64,000 nucleotides of DNA from contig CBFDEM010000004.1 of NCBI GenBank assembly GCA_965603825.1, forward strand, positions 124,001 through 188,000. The letters run 5' to 3'. A program made the position numbers and the translations under genes. The notes below the pieces were generated by a model. That model saw nothing but the letters and a program-made list of their open reading frames with translations. It searched no databases and was not told where the DNA came from. Positions 1 to 14,200 of the stretch are shown in pieces; the stretch's first letter is position 1; every line of letters starts with the position of its first letter. This DNA comes from Blepharisma stoltei ATCC 30299 (taxonomy: Eukaryota > Protista > Ciliophora).

Positions 1-684
1 CAAAAAGCGGTTGTTGTTAATTATGATCATATAAATGTTTATAATAAAAAAATATTGGAAAATTTATTTTGCAAATTTTTTATGTTTACAATGCTGCCCA
101 AAGCATGGATGTGCAAGGCATGTTGAAAATACCTCCATATGTGAAAAATTATAATTTGTGCAAGAAAGATATTTTCTTACCCCTGATCATTCTTTTTGAA
201 GAATTCTAGCAAATATTATTAAGCCATTCTAGTATTAAGCATTCGCCGAAGTTACTTTCTCAATAAGTAGTCGTCAAAATAATTCCTTGCTAAATCATAT
301 ATAATGTTTTTAAATATTTTCTTTCCTCGAAGGATTAATTAGCCAAAGACAAGCTGCAGATACTGATTTTTGAATGCAATAATTTGTGTTTATTTTCTTC
401 TGATTAAAAATTTTATAAAAATTAAATATAAAAAATCCTTAATTTGGTTTTCACTATTTGATTCTAATTTTTATAGTCTTACTCATTGAGCTGGTTTCCA
501 AACTATATATTTCTATAATGATTAATTATCGTCATCTGAGATAAAATTTAATCAGAGTATAAATTAAAAGCTTAAATTTTTTTACTTTAAAGCAATCAAT
601 CCAAAAATGCATTTTTCATATAATTCACTACCATATTTTTAGAAAACTTATATAAAGAATTATTATTTATTATTCTAAGTAGCA

Positions 685-3600
685 TTATGCTGGCATAAAT
701 TTCATCATTGAGTTTATTCTCTGCAAATACTGCTTTTCATTTTTGAAAAATAAGAAATAAAGCATAAAATATATCAAAATCGATGAGATAAGATAAGAAA
801 CATATAAAATGCTCCAACTATAATGTTTACTTGATCCTCAATAACGCTGTGAGAATAAGTATCAATTTCACTTATATATTTATCATAATTATTTCGAGAA
901 AGTGTAATGTTGTATACTCAATTTCTATATGTATCTTCACCAGTTACATCAAAATCTGCAATGAGATATCCAGAATTTATTAATTCTTGTTCAGCGGAAT
1001 ATGCACCATAATCTAAATAGTGTGTATATGGTTGGCCATCACTTTCATAAATCATTTTTTCGTAATTGTTTGATAGAATTGGTCGATATTTAGGATTTCT
1101 TAATATTAATTTCGCATCTTTAAGCCATGATATAGAATTTTGGAATGTCTCTTGGTTATTAGGATAATTATGCATACTCATCAAATAATTTAATGGAAAA
1201 CCTACAACATCATATTGTAAATCTGTTGTTGCAATAATAAAGGCATTTAAAACTATTTTGGTACCAATTAGTTCTCGAATTACTTCAGGCCTATAAGCTA
1301 AATAATTTGTGCAATTTTCATAAAGATAAGTAATGTTAATTAAAGAAAATGCTTCAACCATCATAAAATATATAAAAATTCTTCATATATACTTTCAATA
1401 ATTTTTGAAGTTAACTATTGTCTTCGATGGGCTTTTATTACTAATGAGAATTTCAGGTTCAGAATAAACACTTTTTAGCCTTCCTAAAAGTGAATGTTTC
1501 AATTCAGAATAATTTTGAAATGCTTTTTTTCTTAAATTATTCCAAAGATCGTTTTCAATTTTAATTAAAGAATAGCCAAATGGGACCATAAAACAAAGGC
1601 ATAAGCTAAGAACTCAGATCCCCAGTATAAGAAGTGCAAGCATTTCTGATTTAAAATCAAGCATCAATGACTTTTGACAATTCATTACTTCATATAACGA
1701 ACTATTAATATATTGAAATCCATCTCCATAGCCATTCATCATCAAAAATTTAACCCCATTTGTATAATCTTCAGCGTTATTATACTTATTTATTAAATCA
1801 TATCCCTATATAATTTATACTTTTTGGGCTGATTGAGCCAACATATCCAATAAACTTTCTTTTTTTGCATGCCCAGAGTCCCATACATTAATATTCTTTT
1901 CAGTCAAAATTTTTTTGCTTGAGCAATAGTTTCATCTCGATGAACCAGCAGCAATATCCATATAAATGTCTCTTATATCATCTATATGTCCTGGTAATAA
2001 GCTTTGCACTGCTTTTAGATCTTGATCATTGGCAGGATCATTTATAGCAGTAATTACTCATAGTAGCTGTGCAGTGTAAGCTGCAATTTGCAATCTCGAT
2101 TCTGCTTTAGCTATAGCCATTGGGAAATCAATATATTTTATGAAATTGATATATGAAAAAGCATAAAAGAGAACAACAATATTTGTAGCTAAAACAGCTA
2201 TAATCTATATAAAAATTACTGATAAAATAAAGGCAAGATCAAAGATATTTATGGACCTGGAAGAAATTGCTAGAATTTTGAGGTACCTTTGCTGGCTCTG
2301 ATATTGAGATTTTGCATCTGATGATCTGCTAAAAGAATTGATTTCAATGACTTCTGATTCTTCATTGGAGTTTGTCTCAATTAGTTTTATTTTTGAATTT
2401 ATATTTTTATCTTCTGTTATTTGAAAATGTCTTGCAATTCTCTTATACTCCTCTGGGACTAAAAGATGCTTATTTATTAATTTTTTCTCTTTGTAATCAC
2501 TATTTTCATTTTTTCACCTTTGAATTTGTTCATCTTTATTTTTGAGGGTAGCAGAGAAGACGTTTAATTTGTGAAATTGTACATGAGATATGATTAAAAC
2601 TGTCTCTCTATTTTTTAATTGATAAATTGCTCCTGAACTATATATATCTGCTTCAGAGGATAAATCTTTAATGTTATAGCCTATCAAATTTTCGTTGGGT
2701 TCTCCAAAAATTAGAGAAAAGTGTTCTGAATAACATAAAATTTCTCCTGTCCCTGTTAAAAGAGCAGTTTGAAGATTTGGCTTGTTTAATTGAAAGCTTA
2801 ATATAAAAACAGCATTGTTCTCTATTGAAGTAATTATTGCTCTCCCTGCACATTCTATTAAATGCTTTCCAGGAATATTCAAAAAAAAGCCTTTAGTTAG
2901 ATCGATTTCAGAGCTTGAGCCATAATGTATATGCCATTGCATTTCTTCTTTTAGACTTTTTCAATAATAAGGATGAATGAAATTCATTATATTGATCTCT
3001 TCTAAGCTGCTAATTGAAGTTTTCATTATTTTAGAAGCTCTTGAGTTAGCAAATAAAACATGACCAAAATTATCCAGTTCGCCTGAAATTATCAAAATCC
3101 CACTCTCATCATTCATAAATCTGAACCTTTTTAAGTCATAATTCTCTATATTTTTCTGGGTTATTCCTCTTAGTTTAATTTCTAGTGCATTTGCTTTTTT
3201 ATAATTATAAATAACATCTCTTGCATATGAAGTATACAGTGCTAAGCATTCTCGAGAATTAGGATATTCCAGTGCAAGTAATTTGTAATGATCGTTAAGA
3301 TATGAAATATTTTTATAAATCCATTTCAATTTATTTTTTAGTTTTTTAAGACTCGGCTTAGATGAAGTTATTTCTTCCCAAAATTTTAATAAATCAACAC
3401 ATAATTTTGATTCTTTCTTTTTTATCAAATTTAATTGTTGGCAGTATCTGATATATTATAAGCTTTCATTTGATCGAGATTCGTTAATTGTTTTGTTGCA
3501 TAATTACTCTTGGAAATCAGCTTCTAAATTTCAACTGGATATTGCTTTGAGTTTGCTTAATTTGCTCTTGCTAAAGCCTCATCTTTTAAAGTAAATAAGC

Positions 3601-3726
3601 AGTTATTTGCTATCAAAACGATAAGGAGCTTATCTCTGTGGGTGCTATTTTCAATAAAAAAATTGTCAAAAATGTGAATTATCTCATTTTTATGCTCAGT
3701 GCCATTTAGGTACATTCAATATCTTA
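685..3726 (-). pseudogene. TmcB/TmcC-like multi-TM PAS-domain gene, copy 1: 5'-truncated and frameshifted
   Basis: Track ORFs 2961-3428, 2514-2942, 1395-1589 and 918-1364 join through TGA=Trp and two 15-nt introns (2205-2219, 1806-1820). They align to the intact paralogs at 14.8-28.8 kb. Homology ends near 3726, so the N-terminal TM region is missing. A 5-bp duplication near 786-795 shifts the frame before the paralog-type stop TAA at 685-687. Confidence 0.85.
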
Positions 3727-5251
3727 CTATGATAAATATGAGGAAGAAATTAAATAAATAGCGTTTATATTTTAAAAATCATCAAAAATTTTATTATTAC
3801 GAATAGAACCATTAAAGCGCATTAGTACAATTTAGAAATATCTTAATGTAGAATCTTGATGATTGCTGTTGAGAGGATTAGCATTTTCTCTAGTGTCATA
3901 TTCTCCCCTCAATTTGCTATTGAGAGATGTGGAGTTCACAAAAAACTTAATATTTGAAGACATCAAATTATACCAATATTGCTTCATTACCTTTAACTTG
4001 AACATTGATTTTTCTTCTAGAAATCATATTAAAATTAGAATACTCAAACTCAATAATAAGAGAAGATAAGTATGCTGCAATTTTATCAAAAGATTTAGAA
4101 GAAACTCTGTATGTAGAGAGGTGTTTTTCAGAAGCGAAAAGAAGTATTTGCAGAAAATAAACTCTGTAATGGAGATAATGCCATATAATAATTAATTTTG
4201 GGTAAATATATTGTATATAAGCAATAAGAAATGACATCAACTATGACCATCTCATTCAATTTTTACTTGAGCTAATCTATTAGTTAGAAAAAATAAACTA
4301 GCTCTCTTAAGATATCATAAAGTTTTTTAAGTTATTTTCAAATTTGATGAGATCATAGGAAATGAGATAAAAAATGAAGAATTTATAATGATTTTTGCTT
4401 AGCTTGAAGTATATAGATAGCTTTAGTGTCAGCTCTTCAATAATTAGACTCAACATATGACATTTTTATCATTAAATTGATCAATTTTATGTGATGCTTT
4501 ATTATAAAATAATATGAAGTATGTTCAGAATAGTTTAATTTTGAGCATTATTCAGCATTTAATTGAATGTGCAGAATTTTGGACAGCCAATGTCCGAAAA
4601 TATCAGAGGCTTTTCTAACATTTCTTAGCTTTAATTAAGCTTATCTTTAGTTTACCACTCTTTTTAAAAGGGTTGCACTAGATAGCTTTGATTGAGCTTA
4701 TCTTTAGCTTGCAAATCGTTTCAAAATAGAAATGTAAATTCATTATTGGAAATAATGCCTAGTAAGTCATGATTTTTTTATATTTATTTTTTGAATAATT
4801 TAACATAGCTTATTTAATTAAAAACAGTTTCACTTAGAACCTACTATTTAGCTTTGTATAATATAATCGTTGTGTTCTAGGAGTGTTAATAAGTTTTAAC
4901 TTTTAAATGTAATAAATCCTCAAAAATAAAATATATGCTTTATCTCACCTCCTGCCCTATCCTTGATCTTAGGGTTGAAAAAATAATTTAAATTTTCCCA
5001 TATGAAATATTTCTTCGCTAAAGATAATAGAGATTATGTTTTATATTGTCAAAAATAAGAGAAAATGCATTAGAAAACTCTAGAAACGACTACAGCGTAA
5101 TATCCCTAATTTAAGGTTAGGTAGTTAAATTTTAGATGGCGATTATAGGTAATAGTTAGCGATAAGCCAAAAAACAATTTAATAGCCTTTAAATACTTGC
5201 TATCAAAAGTGATTTCATAAAATAAAAAATTCAAAATTAAATTCTAAAATC

Positions 5252-5963
5252 ATTTTCAACCTATACCGACATAGCCAATTTCTCAACTCTAAGATTTAAC
5301 GACGAAATTTTTCTTTTTTAAAAGCCATTTTGTGATTAACCTAATGTACATTAATTAAAAATTTCTTATCAAGCAAGCCAAAATATTCCATAACGAAATC
5401 TGCAAATCTTTATGGCTTTTTTTAAAATAAGTATAGCTTATAAACAAATTTCCAAAATAATGATTTAAAATACATAAATTTTTTGGCTTTAATATTAATT
5501 TTATTGGCCATTTATGATGCATCTTTTAAGAGAAGGCGAAGAAGCTTTGAGCTCAGCAGGTAAATTATGAAGAATGAAAGAAAAAAAATCAATTGAAAGT
5601 TCTATTTTCAACCTACACCGATATAGCCAATTTCTCTACTCTAAGTTTAAAGGCAAAAATTATCTTCTTTAAAAACCATTTTGTAATTAGCATAATATAC
5701 ATTAATTAAAAATTACTTATTAAGCAAGCCAAAATATCCCATAACGATATCTGCCAAATCATAATGGCTTGCTTTAAAATAAGTATAGCTCATAAACAAA
5801 TTTTCAAAATAATGATTTAATAATGCATAAATTTTTTGGCTTTAACATTAGTTTATTGACCATTTATGATGCAACTTTTAAGTGAAGGCGATGAAGCTTT
5901 GAGCTCAGCAGGTAAATTATGAAGAATGAAAGAAAAAAAATCAATTAAAAGTTCTATTTTCAA
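5252..5963 (+). repeat. 352-bp tandem duplication covering the promoter and first ~30 codons of receptor copy 2
   Basis: Two diverged units (5252-5603, 5604-5955), each containing ATGATGCA..GAAGCTTTGAGCTCAGCAGGTAAATTATGAAGAATG. ATTTTCAA recurs at 5252, 5604 and 5956. Confidence 0.9.
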
Positions 5964-8900
5964 GCTTTTTAAGCTAATTAATTTTGAAGAAACTTCTGGC
6001 TTAAGGCAAAAAATAAAAATAACAGTTGAAAGCATTATTTGATGCTTTCAAATTTGAAGCTTGCTATGAGTCTCAGATCTTTCTATCAAAAATTGGCATA
6101 CAAATATGATAATATGAGAAATCATCGGATACTTAAAACTTGACAACACTTGCTCAATGCTTGGGATAATAAATGAATGCTTTTATCTGTCAGCTCTATT
6201 AGCCTATGCTAATTTTCTTAGTATAGCTATTTTAGTTGTTACTATTTATTATTCTTACCATCTACCAAAGATACTTCTAAGCATATTTTCAGCGACTTTT
6301 TATTTTTGATTAAAATTTTTGCTTGTGCCCTCTATTCAAATATGCTCCATTTTTCTGAAGTATAGCTTCCTGCCTCAAACTACAATATCAGAATACGAAA
6401 ATCGCAATGAGATAGGAGAATTCATTAGGAGTTTCCCATTGCAAATTTGTACTATTTTAGCAATAGCAATAACTTTTATGTTATCTTTCATGCAATTGGA
6501 ATTTTCAGGAGAAATTAGACATTCTGAAAATAAGATAATAAGCGCAAAAGCACATTCAAAAATAGACAAGCACATAAAAATTTTTACTTTTATTTTCCCT
6601 ATTGCTTATGTGATATTTGCTGAAAATTATATAAGACATTTACAAATTTTAGCACTTATTTTTTCAATACTTTTGATAAGAGAAACTATAGATCTCCTGC
6701 CGTATTTTTCCATTTTTTGCAACTCATTAATAATACTTCAGCTATATTTTATTGGTTTTATTTCTTCAATATTTATTTTAGGAGACTTTATGGATAATTC
6801 TATGGTGATAATTATGCTAGCAGTAATTTTAGGTCCATTAACAGCTATTTTTATAATTCAATTTTCCCTTAAACTTCAAAGAAACTTTTCTCAAACTATT
6901 CCTACAGACTTAACAAATATAGAATCTCAATATATTTTAGAAAAATCTCTTAGATATGCTCTATGCTCAAATGATGCAGGACATAAAGATCAAATAATCA
7001 GCGCTTTTGAAAATTTTTTTATACAAAAAGGTTTTAATGGGAATAAGCTTCAAGCCATATGAGCAGCGAATTACTGTTTATATACACTAAAAGAGGAATC
7101 CTTAGCCAAAGTCAAGCTAAGCAAAACCAAACATATTGTAGACTGAAGCTTAGAGTCCAATTATCAAGAATATTTATGCCAGAAAAATATATCAAATACT
7201 TGCCTATCTGAAAGCTCACAATTTTCTGATTATTTTCTTCAAAACATTTTAGTTAAAAATGAAGAAAAACAATTATGTATAAATTTACTTATGTTTTGAA
7301 GCGAAATTACTTCACTTCAGCCTAATCTTCAAAAATTAAAAAGAAAACTTTATTCAATTGAAGACGAAATTTTATTTTTAAACATGAAATACAGCCAGTT
7401 AATTACCAAATTCCCAAATTCTAAAAGTATATTATCTCTCTATTATTCATATTGCAGAGATATTATTTATAATGCAGAAAAGTCAACTTTCCTTGAAACT
7501 AAGCTAAGATCTATTGATAAAGAACTTACAAATTTTTTGGGTGATTCTAGTAAAAAATTTAGTCTATTTAATGAAAATGCTGGAATCCTTATAATTTCTA
7601 ATGAGGATAGTAATTTTGGCGAAATCCTATATGCAGACCAAAAATCAGCAGAATTTTTGAATCTCCAACTTGGCAGCATTAAAAATGACAATATTTCAAA
7701 TTTTATTCATCCTTATTATAAAGAAAAATTAAAGGAAGATTTAAAACAGTTTATCAAGTATAGCTCATCATCAGAAATGGATTTAACTAAAGGATTCTTT
7801 TTAACAAAAAATGCACATAATTTATTACAGCTCGAAGGGAAAATACTACTTACCTCAATAAATGGCCTGCTTGTAGCTATTCTGGCTTTTAAGCCAAAAA
7901 ATGTTAAACAAGAAATAGCGCTATTAAACGAGGAAGGAGAAATCATTTGCCACTCAAATAATTTTCCAAGGTATGTAGGAAAATCTGAAGGTTTAATTGG
8001 ATTTGATCTAAAAAATTTATTTTATAATTCAGAAGATTTCAGATTACAGCTGAACACTCCCTACCATTTGTCAAGCTTAAAAATATTTTTGATGCTCTCA
8101 TATTCAGAATTTTACAAAATCAAAATACCTTATGTGGTCTTGGCAAATGATAGCCGAGAAATAGTAATGAGGGGGAATAATGGAAGCAAGCAAGGCAATA
8201 ATGAAAAAATTCAGGCAACAGCTAATTATTTGTCAGTGGGCTTATTAGGATCTATAAACTCAGATAAAACTAATAGCTTACTTTATAAAGAGAGCGAAAT
8301 TTTAGATGACGATTTAAAGTCAAAAATGGAAGTGCACCGTTTTTCAAATGACGACCCTAGCAAAAATGCTGACTGAGGATCTGAGAGGCGTGGTAGTGAA
8401 AATTCTGTGGTATCGATAGGCACTCATCAGAAGAAGGTTCTCTCCTTAATAAAATCTTCATCAAGGTCTATCAATGTTCTCCACTTTGCTTTTGTTTTTT
8501 CAGTAACTGTTATATAGATTATAGCTGTTGTAGCTTTCAACATCATTGTTTTAAATCATGCTTTTTCCAATATAAATTTTATTAGTGACATGAGCCTTCC
8601 TATAAACATAGGAAAAACAGCAAAAAATTTGCAGAGATTTACATACGTTTCTAATTTATATGTAATTCTGCAATACTCTTCTGATAGCATTACTTTAAAA
8701 AGAATGTTTGATGATATTGTGACTTGTTTAACAGAATTAGAGAATACTTATTTAGATATAACCACAAATTTAAATAAATGAAATTATTGTTCAGGTGAAG
8801 ACATTTTAACTGGCAAAAATTTATATTTGTGGAATATAGATGATGGGATTTATAAAAAATCAAGCTTAATCGAAACTATAGGGATTTTTATTAAATTTGT

Positions 8901-10040
8901 AAAATTTATGCAGGGAAATCAAATATTAAGCAAAATAAACAGCTCAGAGGCTGCAAAGATAGATGATTTTTCTTTTTGATATTAAATGGGTATGGAGAAG
9001 CTCTTCACTATAGCAATAGTTCGTTTTATGATATTATAGAGTGCCAAAAATCCATGATGGGCGACTTCAAAATCGAAATGACAATTTTTTTGAGCTTAGG
9101 AGTAGCCGTATTCTGTGTATGCATAATTATGATAATTCCCTTTTATTTTTCAATCCTTAAAATTGAAAATACTCTTTGAAACAATATAAGGGAAAAAGCC
9201 TATAAAAGATACTTTGAGCTTAAACAAACAATTTCTGAGAGACTAAAAGATGTTCACTCTCATCCAGCTATTGAGCTTAATGACCGGCATCATTCTGAAA
9301 AACCATTTTCTTTTAAAAGTTACTGAAATTATATATGAAGAGTTTTTATATACATGGCCGCTGTTTTTATATTTTCAGTTGTAAATATTAACTATTTTTA
9401 TGATAAATGTGCAGATTATTTATTATATAGGCCTGAAGTATTGAAAAATTTAATAAATTTACAAATTGCACATACTAGTTTGAGCATATGAACAAATGAG
9501 GCTGCATATGGGATTTTGGGATGGCCTATGAGGTTACAATTTCCATATTCTTACCCTTTTGAAAATAGCAAAGAAATATTAAATGAAGTTATTTCAAAAA
9601 TTAACTATTCAAACTCTGCCATCCATAAAAAAGAATATTCTACTATTTTGTCTCATACCTTTGAGCACATTTTTTATGAAAGTAATCAGGACTTTTTAAC
9701 AGATATTTTCAATTTGGGGATGTATACATCAAAGTTAAATATAATAAATGAAGCAAATTTGATCGCAAATAATTTGGCTTCGCAAGACGTGTGGTGGGGT
9801 TTTAATTCTGCTCTTCGAGAATTAGATAGGAAATATAATTCCTATATTGAAGAAATTGATAAGCACTCAAAGAAAGTGATTAATGACCAAATGCAAATTA
9901 TCGTGATCACTTTGGCTGTTTTTATTATCTTTACTTTGATTTTATATTTTGGGTTTTATTTGGTATTTTTTTGGGGTGAAAAAAATTATTTGAAGAAAAT
10001 TAATTCAGTGATGGAGATTATGCCCCAACAATTTGGATAA
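5866..10040 (+). CDS. TmcB/TmcC-like multi-TM PAS-domain protein, copy 2 (one apparent frameshift near 8960-8976)
   Basis: ATG at 5866 is in frame with track ORFs 6319, 7384 and 8590 when TGA=Trp. Introns at 8503-8517 (GTAACTGTTATATAG) and 8899-8913 (GTAAAATTTATGCAG). PAS-like segment AGILIISNEDSNFGEILYADQKSAEFL..NISNFIHPYY. Spliced length 4145 nt is not a multiple of 3; the break lies in a T-run before ILNGYGE. Confidence 0.8.
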
Positions 10041-10402
10041 ATTTACTTTTCTCTTAGTTAAGTATAAACTAATAGATTTATTTTATAAACATCATAAAAA
10101 TACTGAATCAAAATTATGCTTTAACAATACAAAATTTTTAAAAGTAAAGCAATAAGATGAATTCATTTTAATATAGAAAAAGTACTAGTCGATCTGATTA
10201 AAGAAACATAATGCAGATTGATGATAAAAGAAGTGTTAAAAGTAAATAATAAGAAAAAGTAAAAACCTCAATTGTAAAAAGCTTTATTTTTAATTTATTT
10301 TTTATAGGAAATTGAATAAGTAAATATAATTAAAGGTTGTTTTTGATTAATATATAAGATTGCTTATGGTTTCATTTATGTCGAAGATTAAAACTACCAT
10401 AA

Positions 10403-10730
10403 ATTACACATTGCTGCTGATCAAATATAATATCATTTAACCCTAATTTAGCCTACTCCCAAGAATCAAAGCCTCATATTGCGCTGGATAAGTCAAGAAA
10501 TTTCTCTTTGGTCCTTTTAAGTAGCCCTTTGCAAGTTCGTCCCCTATTTCCCGTATGAAAAAAGCTATTGCACTATGATTGGATTGCGGCTTATCAACTT
10601 AGCCACTGCCCTATTTGTAACTTAAAAACCTTGGCGATTCAAACATCGATGACCTCCTCTATTTCTCAATCTTCCTGCTCCAGTAAAGCACGGCTATAGG
10701 AGTTAAGAACTCGACTCCTTATGCCATGAT
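10403..10730 (+). mobile_element. Possible degenerate 3' end of a non-LTR retrotransposon (Cys/His knuckle relic)
   Basis: GC-richer island. A frame is open 10403-10699 with TGA=Trp and contains HCPICN; a shifted frame gives DDLLYF, resembling the CxxC...HF...C knuckle. An imperfect stem-loop (GGCTATAGGAGT..ACTCCTTATGCC) lies at 10692-10725. Confidence 0.35.
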
Positions 10731-11252
10731 ATGACCAATTTAATAAAAGCTTTAAAAAACTAATAAAATCTAACAATATTATGGATGAAATTGGTAACTA
10801 TACACAAAAATAATTGAATATCTGCGGGTACTATTATGGGGCATTGCATTTATTGATTTTAATTGCTTTATGCTTCATATTTTATTATTTAAGTGAAGAC
10901 TTTTAAGCACATCCCAAAAATATAAATTTCTTAGTATGCATATGAATATGAACTTAAAATGAATCTTACTCTTTAGAGTATTTTTTCACAAAGTATCAAA
11001 ATTATTGATTTTCTTTGAATTCTTGCAATTGAAATTAATATGAAATGATTCTTTCCTATTTAACTTAATAGTTAAATAATGTACATTAATTAATAAAATT
11101 AAATCTTCCCATTTTGGTTTAATTTTATTATCTTTTCGTTTATGGACTTATTAATACATTAATCATGCGTAAAACTTTGTAAATAATAAATTATGATGAC
11201 TATCAATAATAAGTATTAATGATATTTAAGATTTTAAAAAATTTATAAAATC

Positions 11253-14200
11253 ATGACAGAAATCCAATCTGAAAATAGCCAATTTTATAGTGCTAGACAA
11301 AATTTTTGAAATACAACAGAATAATATCTCTCAAACGCTCTATTTTTGAACTTTATCGACAACTTTATTCTGACAGGAACCAAGAAGAGACAACCATTAT
11401 AAGTCAAAAAATTAAAAGAGTATTTGAAGGAGTTATTTAATGCTTTCAAATCATAAGTTTACTGTGGGTTCCTGACCTTCAATAAAAATTGACACAAAAA
11501 TATGATTTTTTGGAAAATCATAGGTTACTTAAAATTTTACAACACTTGCTCATCGTTAGGGATAATAAATGAATGCCTTTATTTATCAATTTTAATTAGC
11601 TCTTTATTCTTGATTTATAAAGATATCACCCATTACTCAGAAAAATCGGTTTTACTTGAGACTAAATTAAGATCCCTCGACAGAACTCTTGGAAATTCGA
11701 TTAGTGATTCTAAGAGTTTTAGTTTTTTTAATGACAGTAACGGAATCTTGATAATTTCTAATGAACTCGAAAATTTTGGTGATATTCTTTATGCTAACCA
11801 AAAATCTGTAGAATATTTTAGGCTCGATTAGCATCATTATTAATGACAACATTTTAAACTTCATTCACCCTTATTATAAAGAAAAATTCAAAGCTGAAGC
11901 AAAAAGATTTGTTCAATTTACTTCCTCATCTGAAATAGATTTAAGCCAAGGATTCATTTTAACAACACAAAATAATTTATTAGAATGTGTTGGAAAAGTT
12001 TCAGTAACTACCGTGAACGATCTCGTTGTAGCTATATTTGTATTTAAACCCAAGGTCAAAAATTATGATGTCGCTTTAATATCAGAGGAAGGAGAAATAA
12101 TTTGTCACTCGGATAATTTTCCTAGAATCGCCAGAAAAACTGAAAATTTGGTAGGATGGAACTTGAAGATCTTATTTTTTAACTCAGGAGACTTTGAACT
12201 ATAGTCAAATACCCCTTACCACTTATCTCAGTTTAAGACTGAAACTTTTCTAATTCTTTCTCACTCAGAATTTTACAAATGAAAATGCCCTATGTAGTTC
12301 TTATAAACGACAAAGAAGAGCTTTTAAAATGGATTAATGAAAATTCAGGTGGTATAGGAAAAACCCAAATAATGAACACTTTATCAATAAATTTTTTACT
12401 CCGCTGAGCAAAACAATTAAAAATAATTTAATTTTTAGAGAAACAAATTAGTTCATAAGTAGGAGGATCTTTATGTACTGATAAAACTTTTAGTTCAACT
12501 CATAGAGAAAGCCCCTGCTTTGAAGAAAGATTAGACTCCGAAATGGTGCTTTTTCCAGAAACAAATGATAAAAAATCTTGATGATTCAAAATCTCAACTA
12601 TCAGCTTCTCATAGCAGATTTCTCAATATGATAAAATCTTCATCAAGGGCCATCAATATTTTACATTTAACATTTTTTTTTCAGTAATTTTTACACAGAT
12701 GCTCATAGTTTTGGCTGTTAACATTACAGTCTTAATTTATGCTATTTACGACATAAATTTTATTAGTGGCATGAGTCTTCCTATAAGCATTGGGAAATCG
12801 GGAAAGATTAGGTTTAGTAAGGTATTTTAAGTCCTCTTATCATTAAATACACGTCCTACAGTGATGCCCTGTAGGGTGGGAGAGCGCGCCTACCTATGCT
12901 GGGCAAAAACCCCGAGTTCTGGTGGAGGTGAGGGTCTAAGGCCATTTACAGGCTTCACCGACTACCTCAATTCCAACCAAAGAAATCGCCCAAATTGCAC
13001 AAATCCTACGTCCTTCCAACTCAGAACCCGCAATAGTGAACTATTTTAACTGGAACTGTCGTTATCATTGCCTAATATGCTTACACTCTTTTCCGTCATC
13101 CTGAGAAAAAATTCGATAGCTCTCGCCATTCAGGTAAGTCATAAAAGTATCTTAGGCAGGAATTGCACCCTGCCTCACACCGTATATCAACCTGGGAGGG
13201 CATTGCTAAAAAGGGATGCATTTAACTTAGAGGAGTCTGGACCAAAAACTGCCTCTTTTGGCATCGACTCTCTTGCTTAGAGACTACTAGCTATAGCAAG
13301 GCCATAAATTCACTGAAAAACCATATCCGAATACATAAGGATTCCTCCACGAAAGGGCAGGTTGCTCATCTAATGATTCAGTAAGTGTTTTGACGCTTCA
13401 GGAATTTAAAGAAAAATTAGTGGATTTAGAAAATATTTATTGAAATGTTACTATGAATCTTAAAATTGGAAATTCTTGCTCGGACCAAAGCATTTTTGAC
13501 TGACGAAGTGGTAAATTTATGGAACATCGATGAAAATGGAGTTTATAAGAAAAAATCTACCTTGATAAGTACAATTGCAGCATTTATCAAAATTGTAAAT
13601 TTATGTAGGGAAAAAGTTTCTTAAGCGAATTATATAATACTGGCAATGGATTGAATGATATGTCGTTTTTATTATTAAATGGGTATGGAGAATCGCTTCA
13701 ACACTGCAAAAATTCACTCTATAATATTATAAACTGCCAAAAATCTACGATGAGCAACTTTAAAACTGACATGATAATTCTTTTATTATTATGAATTGTG
13801 GCCCTAATTATATGCATTTTAATAACAACCCCATTTTATTACACAATACTTAAGATAGAAAACAATCTTTGGAATACAATAAGAAAAAATGTCTATAGTC
13901 ACTATTTTGAGCTAAAAGAAGCAATTACTGAAAGACTTAAATATGCTCATTTTAGGCAGACGTAACACTAAATGACTCTCATCTCTCTCTATGGAGCCAT
14001 ATTGTTTTAAAAGCTATTGGAAGTATGCATGAAGAATCCTTATATATTTGGCCTTTTCTGTATTATTTTCAATATTAAATATCACCTATCTTTACGAAGA
14101 ATGTGCAGACTATTTATTGGCCAGACCAGAAGTTTTAAAGACTTTAATAAATACACAAGTTTTATATACAAGCTTGGAGATATGAACAACTGAGATTTGT

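Noticed and set aside
70-280. Cys-rich short frame (CCPKHGCARH) near the window start
   Set aside because: Short, interrupted by stops and with no recognisable domain context.
3780-4560. Hydrophobic minus-strand ORF fragments (track 3968-4240) as the missing N-terminus of receptor copy 1
   Set aside because: They lack the family's conserved EIRHS/KAHSK and GY.RLD motifs. They may be an older relic, but I cannot support an assignment.
4626-4712. Two ~28-bp direct repeats spaced 57 bp apart, superficially CRISPR-like
   Set aside because: Only two imperfect copies, eukaryotic context and no cas genes; a small local duplication.
13120-13190. Minus-strand GVRQGAIPA*DTFMTYLN resembling the RT motif GVRQG
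   Set aside because: The plus strand of the same DNA gives several ordered APE-endonuclease motifs. The minus-strand match is a single short motif followed by a stop, so it is probably chance.
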